64,000 bases of DNA from the NCBI RefSeq assembly GCF_018977255.1, contig NW_024704742.1, forward strand, positions 121,646,001 through 121,710,000, in the 5' to 3' direction. Of the stretch, positions 23,853 through 37,599 are shown one piece after another. The DNA comes from Callorhinchus milii. Lineage: Eukaryota. Position 1 is the first letter of the stretch; each line of letters starts with the position of its first letter. A program made the translations under genes and the position numbers. The notes under the pieces are model-generated. The model did no database searches. It was not told the origin of the DNA and saw only the letters and a list, made by a program, of their open reading frames with translations.

Positions 23853-25574
23853 GTGTAAACACATCGCAATGCTTAACAGTATCTAAACCAAGTGAGAATT
23901 CCACATATGTATGTCACCTACACCACAGAAAAACTCCCAACTTTCCGTGGAGGGACACACTCTGCTAACCTAATTCTGGAGAGCATGAGGTGAAGGTTGG
24001 TGAGGACAAGTGCTCTGGGATGCTACCCTGTGTAAAGGACTCTATATAAATTGTTGAGATTGAATTGGATAGCTCTTTTCAAAGAGCTGGCACAGACACG
24101 ATCGGCCAAATGGCCTCCTTCTGTGCTGTATAATTCTATGATTCTAATTTGCACCTCCAAGTCCTGCTGATGGAGCCAGGCTATCCGGTTTGTCAACAGC
24201 AGTGCCCTTGAGTACTATGGGCAACTTTGACTCAGGAACCAAACCACTGAGACCACCACAGAAGGTTGACCCAATTCCAATATTATATTGAGAAACATGT
24301 CGCTATTGAGATACATATCATTCTATTGAGAGAGAAACAAAGACCCCACTTACTTTTCCATACCCACTGAGCATGCTCTCACCTTTTGGATGTGTAGAAC
24401 TTGAGCAGCAGTTGCAGCTTAACTTTGCACACCAATCAAGATGGATTCCAAGTCGTAAATGTATAAGCATCCTCAAAATAAATTGCTGTGAGAAGCGCGG
24501 AAACACGATTGGAAGGGCTCGTGAAGGGAGTAGTAACAGAGGAAGGAGCGAAGCTGGGAAGCAACGACTCTTTCAAGGAGCTTGAAATATCATATTTATT
24601 GTGCGTGTGTGTGAAACAATGCTCCCTTAATGCATGATTTTGAGTTTAATTATTGCCGGTTCACCACCAGCCAAAATGACATTTTCCCATTAACACTCTC
24701 AAACCCTTTCATAATTTTGAACCTTTAAGTATAAATATTCCACAATGTACTTTACTGAAAGCAATGCACAGCGAATCCCATCAGATCCCAATCACCAGGG
24801 CAATTAGGCAGCTCAACAAACCACTTAGCCTAAGCAATTTACCCAATACCCCCACCCAATGATATCTAGTGACCAATTTTAATTTTAATTGACATCATAT
24901 TCATCAGGAACAATTTAATCTGGTGCTAAAATACCAAAGGTCCTGCAGCAAATCAGAAAATAGTTTTAGAATAAAATGTTCTTATGCTATTACATTAATC
25001 ACCATTACTTTAATTGTTTGTGAAACGTTCCAGCGCTTTGGGACGTCCTCCCGACGTGAAAGGCGCTCTATAAATGTAATTTTGTTGTTTACAAAAGCTA
25101 TTTAATTTGAACCATTAAAACAAAATTGCTTGTTCTTAATGTTTTAAACAGTATTTTACTTCCATATGTAATACAGTGAAATTTAATTACAATTTAATAA
25201 CATATGGAATCAAATTTGCCGTATTTCTTAATAGCAATTCTTAGGTAATCTGAGAGTCCATGAGCCAACTTAATCCAATTTAACAAAAAGCTCCACTATT
25301 CAGAATATGTTTCCCTCAGGCTAGAATGACAAGTGGGATGTACTTCCAGAAAGAGTCCCCGCTCAAATTTCTTAATTAAGACAGATGGTAAAGAAATATT
25401 GTAAAATTTATCCCTATATTTTAGAAGAGAAGGAAGATATCTATTTACTGTGGAATTTTATAGTAATTTGAATATACAATTTTATATTATTTCTTGATTC
25501 ACTGTTTTCTTCTGTATTTCTCTTCCATGATTCCTCCACCTTGCCCCCTCCCTCCCCACCTTCAAATCCCGCCT

Positions 25575-25852
25575 TAAGCCGAGGTCCCATTTGCCTGTTC
25601 AGATGGACGTTAAAGATCCATGGCACTATTCATTAGAGAAGTGAGTTTCTCCCTGTGCCTTGGTCAACAACCCCCAGCCCCCACTACCACAGATTAATTT
25701 GGTCATTTATTTCATAGGGACATTGCTGTGTGCAGATTATCTTCCACATTTGCCTGCAAATACATAGTTACTATTACAGTAATTTCTATGAGGATTTTGA
25801 GACATCTTGATGATGTTTTCAACTGTGATATCAAATGTAAGATTTATTATTG
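25575..25852 (+). mobile_element. DeuSINE-type SINE, central and 3' part
   Basis: gcctgttcagatggacgttaaagatccatggcactatt is the Deu-type domain motif; decayed tail. Confidence 0.75.
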
Positions 25853-28800
25853 TACATTTTACAACGAACCTAAAACAGGTATTCAAATTGTTGCAATGAA
25901 ATGATGCAATTCAATGTAATTTATTGCGCATATTGATATAGAAAGAAATTATGGAAACTCCTTAGTATTGCCTCATGTTACATTGTGTTGCATCTTTAGG
26001 ATTGATACATTCATTCTGAATTAGAATTTCTGTCAGGTTTTAACTGCAGGTTAAAACTACATTACCACATTGGCTGAGACTAATGGTGGAAATAAAACCA
26101 GATTGAATTGATGCAATTAGGATATAAAGATTAGCTGCTTATCAGTTCCACTCCTTCCTCAATAACTGATGTTTTAGTTCCTGGTGATACTAATTTACTG
26201 TTAGGTGCACCTGTATTAGCAAACAGAGTGTTATTATGGAAAGTTCCCTGTGTCTGGAACGCAATGCACATTCTGTCCCTTGGGGGACGCACCCTGCATA
26301 CTTAATTTCAGAGAGTGTTACATGTTGTTTGGCAAGAGCCAAGGCTTGGGGACCTAGAGGGTGCATTAGAGAGCTACTGAAGTTTAACCAGCTAAAACAG
26401 CATAGCTTGCCATTGAAAGCATAGTCTGGCAAGCTTTCCCACTGCTTGTCAAGCTAGGACCACACTACCTGTTAGGGGTTTGCTTGCTGGGTTCAAAGGA
26501 GCTGAGTGGAAAGAATCCATGCTCCTAGCAGGTTTCGATGGGTACTAAAGTTACAATATGAATATCTAAAAAGAATTCGGAGTAAAGAACTCTGGAGAGA
26601 ATCATTTAAAATGTTAGGAAAACAGAGCTGAGTGTGGAGCTAAGTAGGAAACAATTTGTGCAACTTGCTGAGGAGCAAGTGGCATGTGCTATCATGAAAA
26701 TAGCTTTAGTGTGTCAGACCACAAGTTCAAAAAATGCCTGTCATAAAACAGGAGTCAGACAAAAAAGAAAGAACTTGCATTGTTGCCAGATCTTATTCTG
26801 TTTAATTACAGTATAATGAAAGATATTAAAATTGCTCAATTTACGAAAAGGCGCCTATGATATGTCTTCCACTGCTGTTGTGTTTGTTTTTACAGCACTT
26901 TATCATCTCAAAATATCTTAAAATGCTTCACCATAACTGTGGTCAAGTTGTAACAAGTGTTTTTGCAGGGAAATGTGGCAACCATTTTACTCACACAGCA
27001 AGATCCAGGAAACAGCCATGAGGTGAATAATCATTAAATCTGGAGGATTATTGGCCAGGATACTGGAATAAACTCCCTCTTTTTGAATAGTGTCTTTAAC
27101 ATCTCCTGGAAAACAAGTAGCCAATGAACTTAATAATAAAGATCTGATAATAAAATGCTGATTTTATCTGGAACTTTAGAATTAGATTGAGCCTTAGATT
27201 AAATTCTTGCACACAGTAAATGTTTCAGTTTTATGAGTTTTTATTATAGTAATTAGGATGTACCCAGTTACCAACACACTTACATTCATCATTTCTTTCT
27301 GTGATTGTGCATGTAATTTTCAAACACAAATACGTAACAAAATGTAAAGTGCTTCTCAGCGAGAACAATTTAGAGCTTGAAGGCAATTGTTTATCTTTTG
27401 TCAAAGGCCTTTTCTATAACACAATGAAACAACCTATACCATTTTAAGATTTGAATTGCTGAGTATTTGCTGTATGAACGTTTCATAGATTTATAATGCA
27501 GGCCATTTTCAACCTTAAAAAGATGAATTACAAACAATACAATACAAAATTACATTTTGCATAGTGCCATACAATTCATACAATTTGTTGAAATGCAGGT
27601 CAATAGGGCATTCTGAATTGAATTGTAAGACAAGAACAATATATAAATGTTTGAGTTTCACAAAAGCAAACTAGTTTTTCAATGATATTGACACGTGTAC
27701 AACTATTTGTTTCTTCTCCTTATATTAATAATAATAATTTCATTTGCTGTAGCGCTTGTCAAGTCATTGAGACATCTCAAAGCATTTCACAGAATATATT
27801 GTAAATGGATTGACTATGTATTTTGTGGGTGAAAAAGCAGCAGCCAATTGTGCACAGCAGTGTCCCACACACAGTCGTGGATTGAATAACCAAACCATGC
27901 TAAAAAGTTCATAATACATCTTGCTGTTGCCATCAGAAATCTGCAACGTCAATAAATTCGAAGAATTTGCATGAGTTTTGTGAGATATTATACTCCTAGA
28001 TCTCATGTGAATGTTATGCTTGATTTGAAAATTATCACCCTCAAGGAATGCTTTTGAATGCTCGGAGCAAGTTATTTGTAAACCACAAATTTTCTTTTCT
28101 CTGGCAGTATTTCCCCATAGCAATATTATGTACTATCTTCTGGCAATAGACGTTTGTTTTATCTCTGCACCTCGGTTAAAAATAATTGCTGCGAAAGACA
28201 TTCATTGATGTATTGATTTTACCTCTTGTGTTGTTTACCATTCATAGATTTGGCCACTGTGATACATAACAGTTTACAACCTGTTCTAGAGCTGTGTCAT
28301 AATGAGCCCAGTTTCTGTGGTTGCTAGTTATTTTCTCTCTCGTTCTGCAATTAAAACCCCATCTTTCTTAAAAAAAACATTCTTTGCCTTGGCTCTTGGA
28401 TTTCTAGCGTCTCTTTTGTTCTGACTATCTTTGAAGCTGGATGAATGACTTGTTGCTACTATTAGAAAGATGAATGAGTGAGTAATGCACTGTTTGAAAA
28501 GCAACTAACAACAACAACAGTTTGCACCCCTCACGCAAGGGTAGCATCCCAGAGCACTTGACAGTGGTGGAGCATGATGCTGAACCGGGGAAGGGGGAGT
28601 TTACTGTAGGCACGGTCGAAGAGGAAGGTCTTCAGGCATGACCTGAAGATGGGGAAGGAGGGGGCAAGGCGGAGGGATAGAGGGAGAGAGTTTCAGCGAA
28701 TTTATTTGAAACTCATTAGTTGTACTTTTTAAAAGCAGAGTCCTACATTGCACTAACACTTGAGGTCAGTTCGTAGGTTTATTTAAGAGCAATGCAGCAA

Positions 28801-31734
28801 AACTTCCTGGAAACTTTTTGCATTCTTCCATCTAAACCCTCTTCCGTGCAGTAGATAAGGTTAAGCTCATGTTGCCTAAGAATGGGCAGGGAGTTACCAG
28901 CCCAGCTGCTCATATCTGCAGTGCGCAATACTCTTCCCAAGGATAGAGTAAGAGATGAAAACTGAGAGCTCAAAAGAACAAAAATAAGTTGCACACACAT
29001 GTGTGCATTTCACACATAGGGAAACATCTCAAAGTCCTTTGCAGAGATGGATTGGGAGTCTGAGCAGAGTGAAAGATAGTGGGGTAAATGGAAGTGGACC
29101 AAAGGCAGAGTCAGAAGAGATTAGTTCAGAACAAATCTACAGAAACACTATTTCAGTGAGTGAATAGTGAACCTGTGGAACAGGCTCCCTAGGGAGACAG
29201 TTGAAGCAGGAAGTGTTGATTCCTTCAAACACAGATTAGATAGTTTTCCTTTAGGAAATAACATTATGGAATAACGTACATAGGTAGTTTGGGACATATG
29301 TGCGTGCGACAGCCAGGAAGGTGGAAGGCGGCAGACACATTTTGGTCTTTTTTTCATCTAGCATTTCTTGTGTTCTTAAGTAGTTTGAAAATCTTTTTGA
29401 AAACCTGAGTGTAGGGCTATGAGACACAGGGATTTAGTCAAAGATGGTGGGACAGAGGGGCCGGGATTGTGAATCAGGCCTGAGTTACAACAGCAACAGC
29501 AACAAATTGGATTTACATACATCTTTCACATCAGGAGGAAGTCCCATGCACCCGAGCTGGGGTTTGGAATCAGGAGGGGGGTGGAAAGCAAGTGGGGTGG
29601 TGATGGTTAGATGACCAAAGGCAAGTCAAAGAGGAATGTCTTGAGAGAGGTCATGAAGGAAGCACGGCAGGGGGCAAGGCAGAGAGATTCCCGCAACTCA
29701 CCTCAAACAATTGCAAAGCTTGTACAAACAACATATGCTGGTTGTTAGCGTAAAATCTTATTCCAAGCAATGAGAACAGTGATACAGTTTGGTGCTGTGC
29801 AATGAACTTTTATTACAACAAGGATCTAAATAAAGAAAGTCATGAGATCAGCGAATAGTGTGCTCTGTGAGAGTCTGATGATCTAAAACCTTACAAACAG
29901 CGCATGCATAGAAATTGCAAACCTTAACAATACTGTAGGCATACAAATAAGGAATGCCAATACTGGAAAGTGAGTGTACAAAGGCTTTAGAGATTATCCA
30001 CTACATGTACAGAAGCCTCAGCCCAGTGTCACCACAAAGCATAATAGCAGTAATAAATATACATATAGTCACTAATGGACATTTGTAAAACCTTTTATGG
30101 CTTAAATACAGACCACAATAGACCATTCTCGCTGAAGGCACATCTATTTGTGGGTATGCTTTCTATGGTTATACTCAATGAAGCTTTTAAATTGGCAGCA
30201 AACAGGAGCATCATCTCACATATCAAAGTTAAGTGCAGCAGAACATCATTCCAGTGTATACAAAGTTCAGTAAGTCCATTTATATTTCTTGAGCGCTGCA
30301 ATCTCAGGAAACTATATTCTGAAGTTGGTGAGGATCAGCAACAGGACAGGTGAAGTGGTTGGTTCTGTGAAACGTAAGTTGGGTACATCAGCAACAGCAA
30401 CAAAGGTTGTGCTGTTGTTGCATCTGTACTCAATCCCAGTGTCTGGCCCTGTCATTAAAGGCAAAGTAAGTGGAAATTCATCTGGAGCAATAGGGTTACC
30501 TCACACTCAGAATACAATTTTATACGATATGATTTACACTTACATAGCACCTTTCACATCAGGAGAACATACCAAATGCTTCACAATCTGTCTGGGTACC
30601 AGAGCTGAGGGTAGGAGCTGAGGGGGGTGAGGAGAAGAAAAGATGACCAAAAACACAGTTAAAGAAGCCCAAGACTTGGTATGGTATGGGTGTCCAGCAC
30701 CCCTCACTGTCTCTTGAAACTTCTTCGATGCCTCAGAAGAGGCCTCCAGGGAGATTGTTGCAGGCACTGGTGATCTGATATCACGAAAAGCCTCTGTGTG
30801 TCTGAACATACCAAAATTCCCCGAACGCCACTGTTGTCCGAAAAATGGTCCCCACAGAGTAAAACGAGATGACATTTTATGGCCTCTGGGGTTTATAGGA
30901 GCAGAAAAGCAAAAAATGTTATTTTCAATCGGGCTCATCCATTGCAAGAAGTTCCTTTCTCTGGTACTGACAACTGTGTAAAAAATTCATATCAAATTCT
31001 ATGCTTTTCTGATCATTTTTTGGCACAAAAGAAATGTTTAAAATCTTCTCCAAACAGTACTTAAACAGAGCTCCCGATGAATCCTTTGCTGTTTCACATT
31101 CTGCATCGGGAAAAAAATTGTTTGGGATAATCCTCTCACAGCAGTCCACCTTAACTGGGAATTTGACAGCTTGCAAAGCAGCAAATGCAAATAGAAGTCT
31201 GCATTCAGTAGAATGTAAAATCTCTACCTGCGCAATGTGCTGAAGATTGCACGAACAGAATATCTTTTCCTTTGAAACGAGGGAAGGTGAAAAGAGCTGC
31301 CAAAGTAAATAAGAAAGGAGTTTAAAATGTAGGTAAATCATTACTAAAATTATTGTGAGCTTGGATATATTATTTTGCTCTTGTTTTATTCTTCTTCCTT
31401 CATATTATTCCTGATTGTGACTTGTTTTTTGTCTTGCAATGTTTTTATTTCCCTTTGCATATTTCTTTATAGTATTTGTAGATTTTTTCCTTCCAATCCC
31501 TTTTTTATTTCTTTTTCCATTGTTTATAATACAATTGATACTTATATAGCGCGTTTTAGATCGGTTAGATATCCCAAAAGCTTGACAATTCTGGCTAAGC
31601 ACCAGAGCTCAGGCTTTCCTTTTTGAAACATTTCTTGTGTAAAAAAAAATCATTTTAGATTTTTCTTTTTTATGCTACCTTTCCTCAATGCTTTCTGCCT
31701 CTTTTTTCCTCTTTTTCTTTCCTCACTCTTTCAT

Positions 31735-33496
31735 TCCTGTAGCTTATTGGTTAGAGTACTCGCCTCACAAGCGAGAGGATCCGGGTTTGATTTACGGGCA
31801 AAGCGAAACCTTAGGCAAGTTTCCTTAATCCACATGCCTCTGTTTACCTAGCAGTAAATTGGTTGTTAGTCAATTGGTGGATTGCTTTCCGGGGTCAATA
31901 ATCCCTTCTAAAAAACAATAATAATAATTTGGTCACTCAATCCACCACTGTTTGTGGGACATTGCTATGCACATTTGGCTGTCCCGTTTCACAACAACAA
32001 CATTACATTTGTATAGCACATTTCACGTTGGGAGGACGTCCCAAGGTGCTGGACAGTCAGTGTTTCGGATCCAAGCTGGGTGTTGGGATTGGGGAGGGTG
32101 GAGGGCAGGGGGGAAGCAGAGTGATCAAAATGGTCGAAGAGGAAGGTCTTGAGATGGGTTTTGAAGGAGGCAAGGGAGGGGGGGAGGCGGAGGGACTGCA
32201 TGATGGAGTTCCAGAGGGTGGGGTAGAGTGGCAGAATGCCCACTCACCAATGGTGGAGCAGGCGAGGACGGGGATGTGAAGCAGGCCGGAGCCCGCTGAG
32301 CGGAGGAAGCGGGCAGGATGATAGTGGGTTAGGAGGTCACAGAAGTAAGGGGAAGCAAGTCAACAGAGGGCTTTGAAGGTGAGGACCAGAATCTTGAACT
32401 GTATTCTCTGTGTGATGGAAAGCCAGTGGAGTCAGGCGAGGATGGGGCTGATAGGATCTCGGAGCCTGGTGCGGGAGAGGACATGGGCTGCAGAGGTCTG
32501 GATGATCTGCAGCCTATGGAGGGAGCAGTTGGGGAGGCCGACAAGCAAGGAGTTTGCATAGTCAAGCCTGGATGTTATGATTGCATGTATGAGGGTTTTG
32601 GTGGTCTGCGGTGTGAGACAGTGGTGGAGTCGGGCGATGTTGCGGAGGTTGGGGAAGGCGGAGCTGATCATGGCGCAGATGTGGGGTAGAAAGGATAGTT
32701 GTGGGTCAAACAAAACGCCACGGTTCCGGACTGGCTTAGCAAGGTGGAGTGTGCAACCATGGATGGTGATGCTGTCAGTGCCTGAGGTGTGGAGGAGCTG
32801 ACGGGAGCCAATCAGGAGAGCCTCGGTCTTGTTGACGTTCAACTGAAGAAAGTTAGCTCTCATCCAGAACTTGATGTCTGACAGACATTCTATCAGCACA
32901 GCAATGGTCCTGGAATCAAGGGTGGAGGCAGAGAGGTAGAGTTGAGTGTCATCTGCGTACATGTGGAAGTTGACCCCATGTCTGCGGATGATGTCACTAA
33001 GGGGGAGACATCAGCATATAGATGTTGAAGAGAAGAGGACCAAGGACAGAGCCTTGAGGACCTCCGCATGAGATGTTGTGGGGCCTAGAGGAGAAACCGT
33101 TTGTGGAGATGAAATGGAGGCAGTTTGAGAGGTAGGATTTGAACTATTCAAGGACAGAACCATGAAGATTAAGGTGTGAGGGGAGGCGTTGGATGAGGGT
33201 AAAGTGGTCAGTGGTGTCAAAGGCAGCAGAGAGGTCAAGGAGGACGAGGAGGCAGAAGGAGCCCTGGTCGCAGATGAACAGAATGTCATTTGTCACTTTG
33301 ACCAGGGCTGTTTCTGTGCTGTGGGCGGCATGGAAACCCTATTGGAGCGTTTCGTGAAGGGTTAGGATTCATTGTATATGTTCACCTACAAAATATACAA
33401 TTAATTCACTTTACAGGATATTCTGTAAAGCACTTTGAGACATCTTAACAACGTGATAAGGCACTATATCAAATGCAAGGAATATTATTATTATTT
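31735..33496 (+). mobile_element. tRNA-Ala SINE (long variant) split into 31735-31990 and ~33381-33496 by an L2 insertion
   Basis: SINE stops at ggctgtcccgtttc and resumes at ttcacctacaaaatatac. Confidence 0.85.
31991..33361 (-). mobile_element. L2 LINE, 5'-truncated
   Basis: Peptides [21 protein letters not shown] and SRLDYANSLL; CAA-repeat tail on +. Confidence 0.93.
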
Positions 33497-33599
33497 TCCT
33501 CTCTCTGAAAGTTTTGTATTTCCCTCCAGTCTTCTCCCCTTGTCTCTTCAAGGGGAGAAGACTGATTTGAAGAAGCAAGGGGATGTATGTGGATGTCAA

Positions 33600-33930
33600 C
33601 CACCCTTCAGTGCTGTGCTCAAATGTACCCTCTTCATGTGTTAGCCAGGCACTGAAGGTGATCAGGCTATTGGATTGTGAATAACATCACAACTCATTTT
33701 TGTCCTCAGCCAGCATCCAGGCCATGTGTTTTCTAGTGAGGGGTTTATTGGCTAGAGGTCAGGAGCTGAAATTTTGACCCTACCCAGGACACTGAGCCCA
33801 ATTGTTGCACCCTTACAGCTGCCCTGACTACAATCATCTAACATTGCATAGATAGGAGGATCAAACCTGACCCTTCTGGGACTGTGTACCTCAGTTTCAC
33901 TGTTGCAATGGCTTTACCAACTGAACAATT
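33600..33930 (-). mobile_element. Ancient tRNA-derived SINE of a different family, diverged
   Basis: Minus strand begins ttgttcagttggtaaag (A-box-like) and has ggtttgatcc (B-box-like); body unrelated to the Ala SINE. Confidence 0.5.
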
Positions 33931-34419
33931 GGGCAGTTTTTACTGTAATAAGTTGATCTATTCATTCACTCAGAAAATACACGGTCACTGCACTCTACAC
34001 TAAATCCTGTGGAGCACTTTGAGATGTCTCGATGACATGATAAAGCACTACATCAAATTCAAGGATTATTACTATTATTTATTATTGACTAATTTGTTTT
34101 TAATGAGAATTGAAAGGACTGAGTACTGTCCATCTGTGTATCACTGTGTCTTTGGAATAGATTCAAATAACTTGTGAAACAGCAAGCGCACTTGGAATCA
34201 TTTCTGTCATTCCTCATATTATGCAGTAAAGGGATAGGATTAATCATGTGCTGTTCAACTCAAAAATAAGGTTTAAAATGTTTATTAAATGGGGTAATAG
34301 GACCAGTGCTGATCAAAGGGTTAGATTATGCCTGAAGTACCATGGTGAATCTATAGAAATTACAACACAGAAAAAGGCTGTGCTGGCTCTATGCATAATT
34401 TGCCAGGAGTACTCTCCAG

Positions 34420-35530
34420 CTATCGGGTAGAAAGCAGAGAGTAGTGATAAACGGATCATTCTCGAATTGGCAGGATGTAACTAGTGGAGTGCCACAAGGA
34501 TCAGTGCTTGGGCCTCAGCTATTTACCATTTACATCAATGATCTGGACGAGGACATTTAATGTAATGTGTCTAAATTGGCGGATGATACTAAACTAGGTA
34601 GCAGAGTGAGCTCTCAGGATGATGCAAAAAGATTGCATCAAGATATAGATAGGCTCGGGGAGTGGGCAAGTAGGTGGCAGATGGAATTCAATGTTAGCAA
34701 GTGTGAAATTATTCACCTAGGTAGCAAGAATAAAAGAACAGATTATTTTCTGGAAGGGGAGAAGTTAGATAGAGTTAGTATTCAAAGGGATTTGGGTGTC
34801 CTTGTACACCAGTCCCAAAAAGTTAGTTGCAGCAAGCAACTAAGAAGGCGAACGGCATGTTAGCGTACATTTCGAAAGGTTTAGAATATAAGAGTAGGGA
34901 AGTCTTGCTGCAACTGTATAGGGCTTTGGTGAGACCGCACCTAGAGTATTGTGTGCAGTTTTGGTCTCCTTATTTAAAAAAGGACACACTTGCCCTAGAG
35001 AGGGGTGCAGCGTAGATTCACTCGGTCAGTTCCTGGGATGAGGGGACTGACCTATGAGGATAGGCTGAATAAACTAGGGCTGTATTCTCTAGAGTACAGA
35101 AGAATTAGGGGGGATCTTATTGAAACTTATAAGATTCTTAAAGGGCTGATAAAGTAGACACTGAGGGACTGTTTCCCCTGGTAGGAGAATCTATAACCAG
35201 GGGTCACAATCTTAAAATTAAGGGTCAGCCTCTTAGAACAGAGTTGAGGAAACATTTCTTCACTCAGAGGGTAGTGAACTTATGGAATTCACCAGCCCAG
35301 AGTAGTGAAGGCTGTAGATGCTCAGTCCTTGAACATTTTCAAGGCTGAGACTGATAGATTCTTGAAAAATAGAGTGATTAGGGGATATGGGGATAGGGCA
35401 GGTAATCAGAGTTAGGTGAGAAGATCAGCCATGATCTTATTGAATGGCGGAGCAGGCACGAAGGGCCGAATGGCCTACTCCTGCTCCTAATTCTTATGTT
35501 CTTATGTTCTTATGTTCTTATGTTCTTATG
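34420..35530 (+). mobile_element. CR1 LINE, 5'-truncated, with TTCTTATG-repeat tail
   Basis: Peptides [20 protein letters not shown] and [15 protein letters not shown]; octamer tail. Confidence 0.95.
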
Positions 35531-35744
35531 TAATGCTGCTAATACCTGGGATCTAAAACGTGATATTTCTAATGGAATTTCTAATGGGGTCACTGACCTG
35601 TGGGAACTACTTTGAAAGTCAGTGATGTTCAAATGGAGTTGCCATGGGTTGGTGTGATGTATGTCAGGTTTCTGGAAGAAGTCCCCATATATGCCATGAT
35701 TCCTTATTCAATAATCCTGTTACAAATCCCACATTTTAGAGCCC

Positions 35745-36490
35745 AATGCTGTATGTGGCAGTTGTGGAAGGTCTGAGTCAGAAGGTCGCGGATTCAAGCC
35801 CCACTCAGAAACTTTGAACTCGCACTCTTGGTTGATAGTCCAATACAGTGCTTGCGGAATGCTATATTGTGAGCACTCACTTTGCAAGCGAGAGGACTTG
35901 GATTCGATTCCCGATAGGGTGAAACGTTGGACAAGTTTCCTTATTCCACACGCCTCTATTTACCCAGCATTAAGTAGGAACCCGGATGTTAGTTGAATGG
36001 CAGATTGCTATTCTGGGGGTAACAATCCCATAAATTAAAAAAAAATAATTTGGTCACTTAATCCACGATTGTTTGTGGGACACTGCTGTGCACAATTGAC
36101 TGCTGTGTTTCGCCCACATAATATACAGTCAATTCACTTTACGGTGTATTCTATGAAGCTTTTTGAGACATCTAGAAGATGTGAAAAGGCACTATATCAC
36201 ATGCAAGGATTATTATTGTTGTTGGAAGAGCCGTTCTTAGTATGAAATGTTAAACCAAGGTCCTGTTTGCCTGTTCAGGTGGACGTTAAAGATCCCAAGG
36301 CTCTAGTTAAAAACTTTCTCCTGATATCATGGCCAATAATCACCCAGATAAAATTCCTCATTCACTTCATGTCTGTTTGTGGGACATTGCTCTGTGCAAA
36401 TCTGTTATTATATTCACCTACAGTCGCTACACTTTACAGTAAAATCATGTGAAGTATTTTCAGACATCTTCCTGATGTGAAAGTCACCAT
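35745..36490 (+). mobile_element. Older DeuSINE interrupted by a tRNA-Ala SINE (~35870-36220)
   Basis: Outer head ctgagtcagaaggtcgcggattcaagcccc resumes at tggaagagccg...gcctgttcaggtggacgttaaagatccc after the inner SINE tail. Confidence 0.8.
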
Positions 36491-36494
36491 ATCA

Positions 36495-37200
36495 ACAACA
36501 ATAAGATTACATTTGTATAGTGCTTTTCACATTGGGAGGACGTCCCAAGGCGCTGGACAGAGTACAGCATTTCAGACCCAAGCTGGGGTTAAGGGGGTAA
36601 GGCAGGGGAAGAGGGATGGCCAATGGCATGGTCGAAGAGGAGGGTCTTGAGGCGGGACTTGAAGGAGGCTAAGGAGGGGGCGAGGCGGAGTGACTGGGGG
36701 TTGGAGTTCCAGAGGTTGGGGGCAGAGTGGCTAAAGGCTCTCCCTCCAATGGTGAGGCGGGTGGACAAGACAGAAGCCATACTCCTTGATTCCCATCAAC
36801 GTCTTCGCTCCTGTGAATCTGAAGTCCTCAACCTCCCTGGGCTCTCCCTCAGATTCACCAAACTAGTGTGCAATCGAGGTTTCTGGTTCAATGCTCATCG
36901 CCCGACTCCGCCACTACCTCACCCATCAGGTTGCTGAAACTCTTATTCATGCCTTCATCACCTCCAGGCTCGACTATGCAAACGCCCTGCTTGTCGGCTT
37001 TCCCAGCTCCTCCCTCCACAGGCTGCAGACAATCCAGAACTCTGCAGCCCATGTCCTCTCCCGCACCAAACTCTGTGATCCCATCTCCCCCACTCTCGTC
37101 CTACTCCACTGGCTCCCTGTCCTTCAGAGGATCCAGTTCAAGATCCTGGTCCTCACATACAAAGCCCTCCATGGCCTCGCCCCACCCTACCTCTGCGATC
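36495..37200 (-). mobile_element. L2 insertion with inverted 5' segment (3' end on minus 36495-~36765; upstream ORF2 piece on plus ~36766-37200)
   Basis: Orientation switches at ggtgaggcgggtgg|acaagacagaagcc. Confidence 0.85.
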
Positions 37201-37599
37201 TATCAAACATAAGTACTGCATTATTTTTTTAAAAAAGAATCAAAATGGGACAGCAGTGGTTTAGCAAAATCTTTAGGGTGGATTATGGACAAAGGGAAGT
37301 AACAAGAACAAAGAAAAGTGAAGTACGTTCAAACGAAAACAGAAATAACAAGTTATTGTATTAAACTCAGGAACAATGTAAAAGACCAGGAGGGGAGAAA
37401 AAGTGAGAGCAAGAGGAAAGAAAGACCGATGGGGAAAGAAAAAAAAGCGTTTACTGTGTTTAAAGTGAAAATAGGTCAGCATTTCAATCTCCGTATTCAG
37501 ATGCAACTTTTACCTAAATAGACTTGCCCCACTTTTACTGCATGCTCTCTGCAGTGTTTCTATGCCTTGCCTCTATATTAATTTGATCAGAAAATACAT

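Noticed and set aside
24493..24515. E2F plus CCAAT promoter (gcgcggaaa...attgg)
   Set aside because: Isolated motifs with no CpG island or associated exon; likely chance or repeat-derived.
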